A stretch of 54,954 nucleotides of DNA. It comes from an uncultured Planctomycetia bacterium. Its GTDB lineage: Bacteria; Omnitrophota; Gorgyraeia; Tantalellales; Tantalellaceae. Below, piece by piece: positions 26,915-35,782 of the stretch. Position numbers and translations under genes: made by a program. The notes beneath the pieces are model-generated. The model searched no databases. It worked only from the letters and a program-made list of their open reading frames with translations, and was not told the origin of the DNA. The stretch lies in assembly GCA_964580895.1 (NCBI GenBank), contig CAZOMD010000002.1:17886-72839 (forward strand), written 5' to 3'. Each line of letters opens with the position of its first letter. Within the stretch, counting starts at the first letter, position 1.

Positions 26915-29900
26915 ATGAACAATACAAAATCTGATTTCGTGCACCTACACGTGCACACGCAGTATAGTCTTCTCGACGGGGCATGTCGTCTTGACGACCT
27001 GGTCGACCTGGCCGCAAAGTATAAGATGCCCGCGTGCGCTATTACTGATCACGGCAACATGTTCGGTGTGATTGAGTTCTACGAAAAGGCGGTCGCGAAA
27101 GGGATAAAACCTATCCTGGGCTGTGAGATATATGTCGCGCCGGAAAGCCGGTTTGATAAAACAAGCCATGGTATAAAAGGGGCTTCCTACCATCTGATAT
27201 TATTGGCCAAGAACATCATGGGCTATAAGAACCTTCTCGAGATTGTATCTCTAGGATATCTGGAGGGTTTTTATTATAAGCCCCGCGTCGATAAAGAAGT
27301 ACTGCAGAGGTGCAGTAAAGGGCTCATCGCGCTTTCAGCCTGTCTTAAAGGAGAGGTGGCGCATTTTTTACTTTCAGACCAGCATGACGAGGCCAGGAAG
27401 GCCGCGTTGGCTTACGCGGATATTTTCGGTAAAGAAAACTTTTATTTAGAACTTCAAGACAATCAGCTTGAAGAACAGAAAAAGCTTAATTTGGCCATAA
27501 TAAGCCTTTCAAAAGAGTTGAATCTTCCCGTCGTCGCGACCTGCGACGTTCATTATCTTGACAAAACCGACGCGAAAGCTCATGACGCTCTTCTTTGCAT
27601 ACAGACCCAGGCGACCCTTGACGAGACAGATCGTATGAGGTTCCAGACGGATCAATTGTATTTTAAGCCGCCGGAAGAGATAAAAAGGGCGTTTGCCGAT
27701 ATCCCGGAAGCTTTAGAGAACACTATTAAGATCGCCGATCAGTGCCAGCTTGAAATGGATTTTGGCCAGCTCCATCTTCCGCAGTTCAAGGCTCCTCTGG
27801 GCGAGAACAACGATGATTTTTTCTCGCGCCTGGTGGGAGAAGGGATAAAGAAACGATATGTGAAGATAACGAAGGAGATATCCGATAGGGTCGCGCATGA
27901 GATGCAGATTATAAAGGGAAGCGGATATGTCAGTTATTTTCTCATAGTATGGGATTTTATAAATCACGCGCGAGAAAAAAACATCCCCGTAGGTCCCGGG
28001 AGGGGGTCGGCCGCGGGGAGCATAGTAAGTTACGCTTTGGGTATAACCAATATTGACCCGTTGAAATACGGGCTTATTTTCGAGCGATTTTTGAACCCTA
28101 ACAGGGTTACGATGCCCGATATTGACATCGATTTTTGTTTTGAAAGAAGAAATGAGGTTATAGATTATGTTATTCAGAAATATTCGAAGGAAAACGTCGC
28201 CCAGATCATAACTTTTGGAACCATGATGGCAAAGGGCGTATTACGGGACGTTGGCCGTGTAATGAATATTCCTTATGCCGAAGTAGACAAGATAGCCAAG
28301 CTTATTCCAAATGATCCAGGGATAACGCTTGAACAGGCGTTAGAGATCGAACCGGAACTTAGGAAGCTTTATGAGGATGACCCGGTGATACATCAGCTGG
28401 TTGATACATCTAAACGCCTTGAGGGGCTTAACCGTCACGCGTCTACGCATGCGGCGGGAGTTGTTATCTCGGATAAACCGCTTATAAAGAGAATACCTCT
28501 GTTTAAAACAGCCGATGATCAGATAACTACCGGTTTCGCGATGAAATCGCTTGAGAAGATCGGGATGCTTAAAATGGACTTCCTCGGGTTGAAGACGCTT
28601 ACCGTGATCGATCAGACGGTCAAGATAGTTAAAAGAACAAAGAACATTGATATAAATATCGATGAGATCCTCCTGGATGACGAGAAGACATATAAACTTT
28701 TGTCAAAGGCCGAAACTTCGGGGGTGTTCCAGCTTGAGTCGAGCGGGATGAGGGATCTTTTAAGGAAGCTGGCGCCGTCTAGGTTCGAGGATCTTATAGC
28801 TATACTCGCGTTATACCGACCGGGTCCGATGGGAAGCGGAATGCTTGATGAATATATTAAACGCAAACAGGGACAAATAGAAGTTAAATATGACCATTCT
28901 TTTCTGGAGCCGATACTCAAGGAGACTTACGGTATAATAGTTTTTCAGGAACAGGTTATGCAGATAGTGTCGAAGCTCGCCGGGTTTACCATGGCGGAAG
29001 CTGATAACGTCAGAAAGATAATGGGCAAGAAGATCCCCGAAGCTCTCGAAGGCGTAAAGATAAAGTTTCTCTCAGGGGCGCAGAAGAATAAAGTGGAGTT
29101 CCCCGCGGCTGAGAAGATATGGGATTTCATATCATATTTTGCCGGATACGGGTTCAATAAATCGCATTCCGCGGCATATGCGCTTGTCAGTTACAGGACG
29201 GCGTATCTTAAAGCTAATTATCCCGTGGAATTCATGACAGCCCTTCTTACAAGCGAGAAGAATAATTCCGATAAACTGTCCGACTATATCAACGAATCTA
29301 TCAGAATGGGCATAGATATACTCCCGCCCGATATTAACGAAAGTTTCAAGGATTTCACGGTAGTCGGGAAGGATATACGTTTTGGGCTTTCGGCGGTCAA
29401 GAATGTTGGGGAAGGCGCGGCTGAGGCGATAATAACTACGCGGCAAAAACAGGGAAGATTCGAGAGCATGTATGATTTCGCGCAGAAAGTGGATTCCCGT
29501 ACGGCCAATAAGAAGGTCATTGAAAGCCTTATAAAATGCGGGGCCATGGATTCCACCCGTATTTTAAGGTCCCAAGCCATGGCTATACTCGATAAAATAC
29601 TCTCGATGGCCGCTAAGGCTTCGCGGGACAGGAATTCCGGACAATTGTCTTTCTTTGGCGAAAGTGACGGCGTGGAAAGTTTTAAGGATAATTTCCAGGA
29701 TGTACCGGCTATCCCGGAATGGCCGGAACACGAGCTTCTCACCAATGAAAAAGAAATGATCGGGTTCTACATAACTAAACATCCTCTCGCGAGATTCGAA
29801 AGGCTGTTAAACGCCTATTCGACCTGTAAAATATCGGAATTATCCACGATGACGGACGGACAGATGGTTCTTATCGGGGGTATCATAAATCGTGTGCGTA

Positions 29901-30367
29901 TAACCGTGACCCGGAAAAAGTCAGAAAAGATGGCAATAGTAAATCTTGGCGATCTTGAGAATTTTGTGGAGGTTTTGGTCTTCCCCAAGTCCTATCGCAA
30001 AGCTCCCGAACTTATAATTGCGGATAATCTCGTATACATTCACGGGAGGCTTAATTTGCGCGAAGAGGAACCCAAAATAGTCGCGGAGGATATTATACCT
30101 CTTGAGAAGGTTAAGGAAATATTCACAAAGTCGGTGTTGGTAAAGATGTCAACACTGGGGCTTGAGGAAAAACTGATGATACGGATCAGAAATACGATTG
30201 GGAACTTTAAAGGAAAAACGCCTTTATTCATAGAGTTGGTCACAGCGGAGGGCCGTAAAATACGCCTTTCGACCGGAAAGGATCTGTTTGTCCACCCATC
30301 GGATGCGCTTGTGGAAGCGGTTGAGGAGATCGTAGGCGAGGGTAACGTGAAATTCCTCACAAAATAA
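26915..30367 (+). CDS. dnaE: DNA polymerase III alpha subunit
   Basis: 1150 aa. FVHLHVHTQYSLLDG PHP N-terminus, GPGRGSAAGS, PDIDIDF and FNKSHSAAYA motifs. Confidence 0.95.
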   Translation: MNNTKSDFVHLHVHTQYSLLDGACRLDDLVDLAAKYKMPACAITDHGNMFGVIEFYEKAVAKGIKPILGCEIYVAPESRFDKTSHGIKGASYHLILLAKNIMGYKNLLEIVSLGYLEGFYYKPRVDKEVLQRCSKGLIALSACLKGEVAHFLLSDQHDEARKAALAYADIFGKENFYLELQDNQLEEQKKLNLAIISLSKELNLPVVATCDVHYLDKTDAKAHDALLCIQTQATLDETDRMRFQTDQLYFKPPEEIKRAFADIPEALENTIKIADQCQLEMDFGQLHLPQFKAPLGENNDDFFSRLVGEGIKKRYVKITKEISDRVAHEMQIIKGSGYVSYFLIVWDFINHAREKNIPVGPGRGSAAGSIVSYALGITNIDPLKYGLIFERFLNPNRVTMPDIDIDFCFERRNEVIDYVIQKYSKENVAQIITFGTMMAKGVLRDVGRVMNIPYAEVDKIAKLIPNDPGITLEQALEIEPELRKLYEDDPVIHQLVDTSKRLEGLNRHASTHAAGVVISDKPLIKRIPLFKTADDQITTGFAMKSLEKIGMLKMDFLGLKTLTVIDQTVKIVKRTKNIDINIDEILLDDEKTYKLLSKAETSGVFQLESSGMRDLLRKLAPSRFEDLIAILALYRPGPMGSGMLDEYIKRKQGQIEVKYDHSFLEPILKETYGIIVFQEQVMQIVSKLAGFTMAEADNVRKIMGKKIPEALEGVKIKFLSGAQKNKVEFPAAEKIWDFISYFAGYGFNKSHSAAYALVSYRTAYLKANYPVEFMTALLTSEKNNSDKLSDYINESIRMGIDILPPDINESFKDFTVVGKDIRFGLSAVKNVGEGAAEAIITTRQKQGRFESMYDFAQKVDSRTANKKVIESLIKCGAMDSTRILRSQAMAILDKILSMAAKASRDRNSGQLSFFGESDGVESFKDNFQDVPAIPEWPEHELLTNEKEMIGFYITKHPLARFERLLNAYSTCKISELSTMTDGQMVLIGGIINRVRITVTRKKSEKMAIVNLGDLENFVEVLVFPKSYRKAPELIIADNLVYIHGRLNLREEEPKIVAEDIIPLEKVKEIFTKSVLVKMSTLGLEEKLMIRIRNTIGNFKGKTPLFIELVTAEGRKIRLSTGKDLFVHPSDALVEAVEEIVGEGNVKFLTK

Positions 30368-30402
30368 TATTTCGGCACCGGTATATATATACATAATAGA
30401 CG

Positions 30403-30431
30403 TTGACACAAATTCTAACCCATAGTATTAT
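30403..30431 (+). promoter_or_regulatory. candidate sigma-70 promoter between dnaE and the HU gene
   Basis: TTGACA, 17-nt spacer, TATTAT. It abuts the hairpin at 30432-30465, so its role is uncertain. Confidence 0.4.
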
Positions 30432-30465
30432 AAGCACTTACCTGCCGCAAAGGGGGTAAGTGCTT
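30432..30465 (+). terminator. 11-bp perfect hairpin AAGCACTTACC / GGTAAGTGCTT; possible dnaE terminator or HU leader structure
   Basis: Perfect 11-bp stem and 12-nt loop, followed by AATTTTG. Confidence 0.4.
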
Positions 30466-30520
30466 AATTTTGTATAGTGTTTACGGTTTGATAAATAGGT
30501 AAATAATAAAGGAGGCGTAC

Positions 30521-30802
30521 ATGACTAAGAAAGATATCATCATGCAGATCGCGAACGAAACCGGTCTTAAGCAGATCGATGTGAAAGAGGTCGTCCAGCG
30601 TACTTTTGATATTATCACCGATAGCTTGAGCCGGGGGAAAAAGGTGGAACTTAGAAATTTTGGCATATTTAAGGTCAAGACCCGGAAGGGGAGACTTGGC
30701 AGGAACCCGAGGACAGGAGATGGTGTAAGTATCCCGGACAAGAAAGTGGTTTCTTTTAAGTCAGGGATGAGAATGAAAGTTGATGTTGAAAAAAGTCGAT
30801 AA
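30521..30802 (+). CDS. HU/IHF-family nucleoid-associated protein
   Basis: 93 aa. LRNFGIFKVKTRKGRLGRNPRTGDGVSIP beta-arm motif. Confidence 0.85.
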   Translation: MTKKDIIMQIANETGLKQIDVKEVVQRTFDIITDSLSRGKKVELRNFGIFKVKTRKGRLGRNPRTGDGVSIPDKKVVSFKSGMRMKVDVEKSR

Positions 30803-30914
30803 TGTATTCTATCCTTTATAGCGGCGGGGAGATATGTCCGCCAGGGCAGATTGCCGATTAGGCATGGGTTAATGTACGTTAAGAGCGTATCAGGTCCGAT
30901 TTCAAGGGTAAATT

Positions 30915-32171
30915 ATGGGTAACCAGCCGAAATACAAGGCTTTAAGAGGGATGGAGGATATTTTGCCGGAAGAGGCGTATATCTTCCGATGGGTTGAGAA
31001 TAAGTCCAGAGATATTTTTCATAGGTTCGGGTTTAAAGAGATACGAACTCCCCTTCTTGAAGATACTGAAATATTCATAAGAAGTATTGGAGAAGACACG
31101 GATATCGTAGAGAAGGAAATGTATACCTTCGAAGATAGAGGCGGGAAAAGTGTTTCTTTGAGGCCGGAAGGGACAGCGTCTATCGTAAGGGCCTATCTCG
31201 AACATGGTTGGCAGAATACGGAAGATATCGCTAAACTTTACTATTTTGGTCCTATGTTCAGGGGTGAACGGCCGCAGAAAGGAAGGTTGCGTCAATTCCA
31301 TCAGATAGGGGCGGAGATCATAGGCGGCAGAGGTCCTTTTGTCGATGCTGAACTTATCTTAAACCTTAACGCGCTGTTGAAAGGACTTGGGATCGACGGA
31401 TTCACTCTTTACATGAACTCGCTTGGATGTATATCCGATCGCGCGTCTTACCAGGAGATACTATTGGCATATCTGATGGGCAGGAAAGAAGGACTGTGTG
31501 ATGATTGCAAAAGACGCATGGACAAGAATGTTTTGAGAGTATTGGACTGTAAGAAGGAAGCCTGCAGGATTGTCGTGAAGGACGCCCCAGCCATATCGGA
31601 TCATCTGTGCGAAAGCTGCGGAGAGGATTACCGGACACTTGCCGGGCTATTGTCAGAGATGGGGGTCAATTTCAAGGTAAAAAAAGATCTTGTGAGGGGG
31701 TTGGATTATTATACCGGTACGATATTTGAAGTAAACCATCCGGCGCTTGGCGCTCAGGACGCGATAGCGGCCGGCGGCCGGTACGACAGCCTTATAAACG
31801 ATATGGGGGGACCCGACACCGGGGCGACGGGATATGCCGTTGGGGTAGAGAGGCTCATGCTCGCGATCGAAAGAGATAAACTTCCGCGGGAAGAGAATGT
31901 CGCTATTCTGATACCCATCGGTTTTGGGGCGAAGATATACGCGTTTCATTGCGTAGAGAAGTTGAGAGACAGAGGTATTTGTTGTGAGATCGATCTATCC
32001 GGTCGTTCCGTTAAAGGTCAGCTCAGGAAGGCCCATAAAGAGGGGAGAAGGTTCGTTATCCTGATCGGGGAAGAAGAGATGAAGAGCGGCAAAGTCCTTC
32101 TTAAAGACATGCTTGGTGGTATCCAGGAAACTCTTGGGATGGATGAAGCCGCGGACAGGTTAAAAAGTTAA
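30915..32171 (+). CDS. hisS: histidine--tRNA ligase
   Basis: 418 aa. RGMEDILP, LRPEGTAS, FRGERPQKGRLRQFHQ and GGGRYD-like AAGGRYD motifs. Confidence 0.9.
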   Translation: MGNQPKYKALRGMEDILPEEAYIFRWVENKSRDIFHRFGFKEIRTPLLEDTEIFIRSIGEDTDIVEKEMYTFEDRGGKSVSLRPEGTASIVRAYLEHGWQNTEDIAKLYYFGPMFRGERPQKGRLRQFHQIGAEIIGGRGPFVDAELILNLNALLKGLGIDGFTLYMNSLGCISDRASYQEILLAYLMGRKEGLCDDCKRRMDKNVLRVLDCKKEACRIVVKDAPAISDHLCESCGEDYRTLAGLLSEMGVNFKVKKDLVRGLDYYTGTIFEVNHPALGAQDAIAAGGRYDSLINDMGGPDTGATGYAVGVERLMLAIERDKLPREENVAILIPIGFGAKIYAFHCVEKLRDRGICCEIDLSGRSVKGQLRKAHKEGRRFVILIGEEEMKSGKVLLKDMLGGIQETLGMDEAADRLKS

Positions 32172-32243
32172 AAGTAAAAAGTAAAAAAGTAAAAATAACG
32201 GGAAGAGAAATTTAGCGCCAAGATACATTGGTATTGGGGGAAT

Positions 32244-34010
32244 ATGATACGGACGCATAATTGCGGGGAATTAAAGGCCGCGGATATATCAAAAGATGTT
32301 ATTCTTTGCGGGTGGGTGGATTCGAGAAGAGATCACGGCGATATTATTTTCATAGATCTCCGGGACAAACACGGTATCACGCAGATCGTTTTCAATCCGG
32401 ACCGTAACAAAAAATCACACGGCGAAGCGCATCGGCTTAGAAGCGAGTTTTGCGTAAAGGTGTGGGGCAAAGTATCAGCAAGACCGGAAGGGACTACGAA
32501 CTCCAAGATCCGCACAGGAGAGATCGAAGTCGACGTGAATGAGATAGAGGTCCTCTCGGAGGCCGATACGCTGCCTTTTGAGATTAAGGACGATCTCGAC
32601 GTTTCCGAAGAGGTGAGACTTAAATACAGATATTTGGATCTAAGAAGACCGGCGATGCAGAAAAGGCTCAGCATGCGGCACAGGGCAAGTAAGTTTATTA
32701 CGGATTTCCTGGATAAAGAGGGATTTACGATGGTGGAGACGCCGATGCTGACTAAATCCACGCCAGAAGGCGCGCGTGATTATCTTGTCCCGTCTCGGCT
32801 TCAGTCCGGGAATTTTTATGCGCTTCCGCAATCTCCGCAGTTATTTAAACAGATCCTTATGGTAGCCGGGTTGGAGAAATATTTTCAGATAGTGCGGTGT
32901 TTCCGCGACGAAGACCTGCGCGCGGACAGACAGCCGGAATTCACTCAGATCGACATGGAGATGTCGTTTGTCGAGCAGGAAGATATATTTTCGGTATGCG
33001 AAGGGCTTTTTAACGGGCTTTTTAGGGAAATACTCGGGGTGAAGATAGAGTTGCCGCTAAAGAGGATGAGCCATGAAGAGGCTATAATGAAATACGGCAG
33101 CGACAAGCCTGACACGCGGTTCGATGTCCATCTTCAGGACCTCACTAAAGAGGCAGGCGAAAGCGATTTCAAAATATTCCGGGACGTTATTTCGTCCGGC
33201 GGTAAAATAATGGGGCTTTCCGCTCCGGGATACGGAGGGATAAGCCGCAAGGACATAGATGTATTAACGGCATTTGTCGCGGAATTCGGAGCGAAAGGTC
33301 TGGCGTACTTTAAGGTAGAAGAGGACAAGCTCACCTCGCCTATCGCAAAGTTTTTTCCCGAAGGAACACTTGACGCGTTTCGCAAGAGGACCGGGGCATT
33401 ACCCGGGGACATGATATTCATAATAGCCGATAAAAAAGAAACGGCCTGCGGAGCGCTGGGCGCGTTGAGACTTAAGATAGGGAATGAAAAAAAACTTATC
33501 GTTAAGAGCCGGTACGATCTTTTTTGGGTGGTGGATTTCCCGCTTTTCAAGTTCAACGCGGAAGAGAACCGGTGGGTATCGGAACATCACCCTTTTACTT
33601 CTTTCAGAGAAGAAGACATGCGTTACTTCGAGAACGGCGAGTTATCCAGGATACGGTCGTTGTCCTATGACTTAGTGCTTAACGGAAGCGAGATCGGGTC
33701 GGGCAGTATAAGGATCCATAAACGTGATATACAGCAGAAAATATTCAAAGCGCTTGGTTTGAGTGAAGAAGAGAGCCGGATGAAGTTCGGCTTCCTTTTG
33801 GAAGCGTTCTCCTATGGTCCGCCGCCGCACGGCGGGATAGCGTTCGGGCTTGACAGGTTGATGACTCTTTTTACCGGGGACCAATCGATCCGGGATGTAA
33901 TTCCTTTTCCTAAAACTCAGAAAGGGTTATGCCTTCTTTCCGGAGCGCCTTCGCCTGTGGGCGACGTGCAACTCAGGGAGCTGGGCATTAAACTTAGGAA
34001 AAAAGAATAA
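32244..34010 (+). CDS. aspS: aspartate--tRNA ligase
   Basis: 588 aa. RDHGDIIFIDLRD, FRDEDLRADRQPEFTQID and GGIAFGLDR motifs. Confidence 0.9.
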   Translation: MIRTHNCGELKAADISKDVILCGWVDSRRDHGDIIFIDLRDKHGITQIVFNPDRNKKSHGEAHRLRSEFCVKVWGKVSARPEGTTNSKIRTGEIEVDVNEIEVLSEADTLPFEIKDDLDVSEEVRLKYRYLDLRRPAMQKRLSMRHRASKFITDFLDKEGFTMVETPMLTKSTPEGARDYLVPSRLQSGNFYALPQSPQLFKQILMVAGLEKYFQIVRCFRDEDLRADRQPEFTQIDMEMSFVEQEDIFSVCEGLFNGLFREILGVKIELPLKRMSHEEAIMKYGSDKPDTRFDVHLQDLTKEAGESDFKIFRDVISSGGKIMGLSAPGYGGISRKDIDVLTAFVAEFGAKGLAYFKVEEDKLTSPIAKFFPEGTLDAFRKRTGALPGDMIFIIADKKETACGALGALRLKIGNEKKLIVKSRYDLFWVVDFPLFKFNAEENRWVSEHHPFTSFREEDMRYFENGELSRIRSLSYDLVLNGSEIGSGSIRIHKRDIQQKIFKALGLSEEESRMKFGFLLEAFSYGPPPHGGIAFGLDRLMTLFTGDQSIRDVIPFPKTQKGLCLLSGAPSPVGDVQLRELGIKLRKKE

Positions 34011-34170
34011 GGCATGTTGGTAAATGTAAAATTGGCAGCCTCCTTTGCCGAATGATTTACATATTGTTTGGTTTTGCCTGCCGGCAGGTTTACCTGCCGA
34101 AGGTAGACAGGGAGGAGTTAATTCGCACTTATCGCTTACGCTCCTTACAGTCGCGCAAGCGATGTGTTTA

Positions 34171-34223
34171 CCCCCACGATAGTTTGCGAAGCAAACTGTG
34201 GGGGCTCATTAAAGGGAGGGAAG
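34171..34223 (+). promoter_or_regulatory. conserved 5'-leader hairpin plus Shine-Dalgarno module (copy 2)
   Basis: CCCCCAC(gat)AGTTTGC-gaa-GCAAACTGTGGGGG, then CTCATTAAAGGGAGG and ATG 34224. Confidence 0.55.
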
Positions 34224-34571
34224 ATGTTGATCAGATCAGTGGTTTTGTTCGCGGTGTTGGTTCTTGTTTCCGGGTGTGCTAGCGTGGATATGTATACCTT
34301 CAAAAAAGACCGTGTTGATCAGGAGTTAAGGGGTAACCAGGGATTTATGTCCGGCCAAGCTCCCGATGTTCAGGGGAGCCGCCAGCTTAAGCGCACGCTT
34401 TTTGGCGTGGATATCGAGCTCAAAGGGCTTTCCGGCGCGGAGGAAGAGGAGACGGTAGAAGAGGTAAAAAGCGAACCGCGGGAGGAAGCGCCGCAAAAGC
34501 CTGTGACCGACGAGAAGGTGACGGTTATAAGCTCGCCCGATAAACCCGGAGAAGAAGAATATATAAAATAA
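34224..34571 (+). CDS. small acidic lipoprotein, hypothetical
   Basis: The internal ATG 34224 of track ORF 34164-34571 follows GGGAGG. MLIRSVVLFAVLVLVSGC carries a lipobox (VSGC). Glu-rich C-terminal half. Confidence 0.6.
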   Translation: MLIRSVVLFAVLVLVSGCASVDMYTFKKDRVDQELRGNQGFMSGQAPDVQGSRQLKRTLFGVDIELKGLSGAEEEETVEEVKSEPREEAPQKPVTDEKVTVISSPDKPGEEEYIK

Positions 34572-34813
34572 AAAATGGAAAATGTAAAAGTAAAACGGTA
34601 AAACTGCAAGTTAGAACTAAAAAAACGGCAAGAAAATGCCTGTTTAACTAGGAAGCGGAATAAGGGTTTTGACTTTAACTTGTGAGTTTTACTTTTTCGT
34701 TTTTATTTTTGAGTTTAAAAACTGATGCGGGGTGCTTGTTCCATAACCGAACCGGCGAACTACCGAACCAGAGAACCAGAGAACTAACCTGACGCGGTAT
34801 GTGAGGTTCCACA

Positions 34814-35782
34814 ATGAGCGAAGTAACCATAATGTTAAATAATGATTCCGAAGCGAAGATGCTTTTTGGAAGGCATGATGAAAACCTGAGGAAGATCGAG
34901 GGCCATTTCGCTGTTACGACGGTTTACAGAGAAGGTCTTTTAAGAATATCATCCGGGGAGATGTCTTCTCTAAAGGACGCGGAGAAATTTATCAACGAGT
35001 TTCTTGTTGTAATAAGAAAAGGCGGGCACTTATCCCCGCGTGACATCGATTACGCGGTAAAGAACGTTAATAACGTATCCCAGATAGACGAGATATTCCT
35101 GGATAAAATCACGGTAAGTTCTAAAAGGGCGTTTATTACTCCCCGAAGCGAAGGGCAGAAGAAATATATAGACGCCATTCGCGCGCATGACATAGTTTTC
35201 TGCATCGGTCCGGCCGGGACGGGGAAGACATATCTCGCGATGGCGATGGCCGTAAACGCGCTGAAAAAGGGAATAGTTTCCCGCATTCTGTTGACACGGC
35301 CCGCCGTTGAGGCTGGAGAAAGCCTGGGGTATCTCCCGGGGGACATGCACGAGAAGGTCAACCCGTACCTGCGTCCCTTATATGACGCGTTATATGACAT
35401 GGTGGAACCCAACATGATAAGAGATTATATCGAGAGGGGTACCATAGAGGTCGCGCCTCTGGCATATATGAGAGGAAGGACACTTAACGATTCGTTCATA
35501 ATAATGGATGAAGCCCAGAATTCTACAAAAGAACAAATGAAAATGTTCCTTACGCGTCTGGGTTTTGATTCGAAGACGGTAATAACCGGGGATGTTACCC
35601 AGAGCGATCTCCCGAAGGGTAAAGAATCCGGTCTTTCACACGCTAAGGCGCTGCTTTCTGACGTCGAGGGGATAAAGTTCATTTATCTCAAAGGAAAAGA
35701 TATTGTGAGACATGAACTTGTGCAAAAAATAATCGAAGTGTATAAAATGGAAACTGAAGATGGACCTGAATCTGATCAATAG
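34814..35782 (+). CDS. phoH: PhoH-family ATPase
   Basis: 322 aa. GPAGTGKTYLA Walker A, and IIMDEAQN Walker B. Confidence 0.9.
   Translation: MSEVTIMLNNDSEAKMLFGRHDENLRKIEGHFAVTTVYREGLLRISSGEMSSLKDAEKFINEFLVVIRKGGHLSPRDIDYAVKNVNNVSQIDEIFLDKITVSSKRAFITPRSEGQKKYIDAIRAHDIVFCIGPAGTGKTYLAMAMAVNALKKGIVSRILLTRPAVEAGESLGYLPGDMHEKVNPYLRPLYDALYDMVEPNMIRDYIERGTIEVAPLAYMRGRTLNDSFIIMDEAQNSTKEQMKMFLTRLGFDSKTVITGDVTQSDLPKGKESGLSHAKALLSDVEGIKFIYLKGKDIVRHELVQKIIEVYKMETEDGPESDQ

Noticed and set aside
30432-30465. Riboswitch or attenuator upstream of the HU gene
   Set aside because: It is a single perfect hairpin with a short T-rich tail, most simply the dnaE terminator. There is no alternative-pairing partner.
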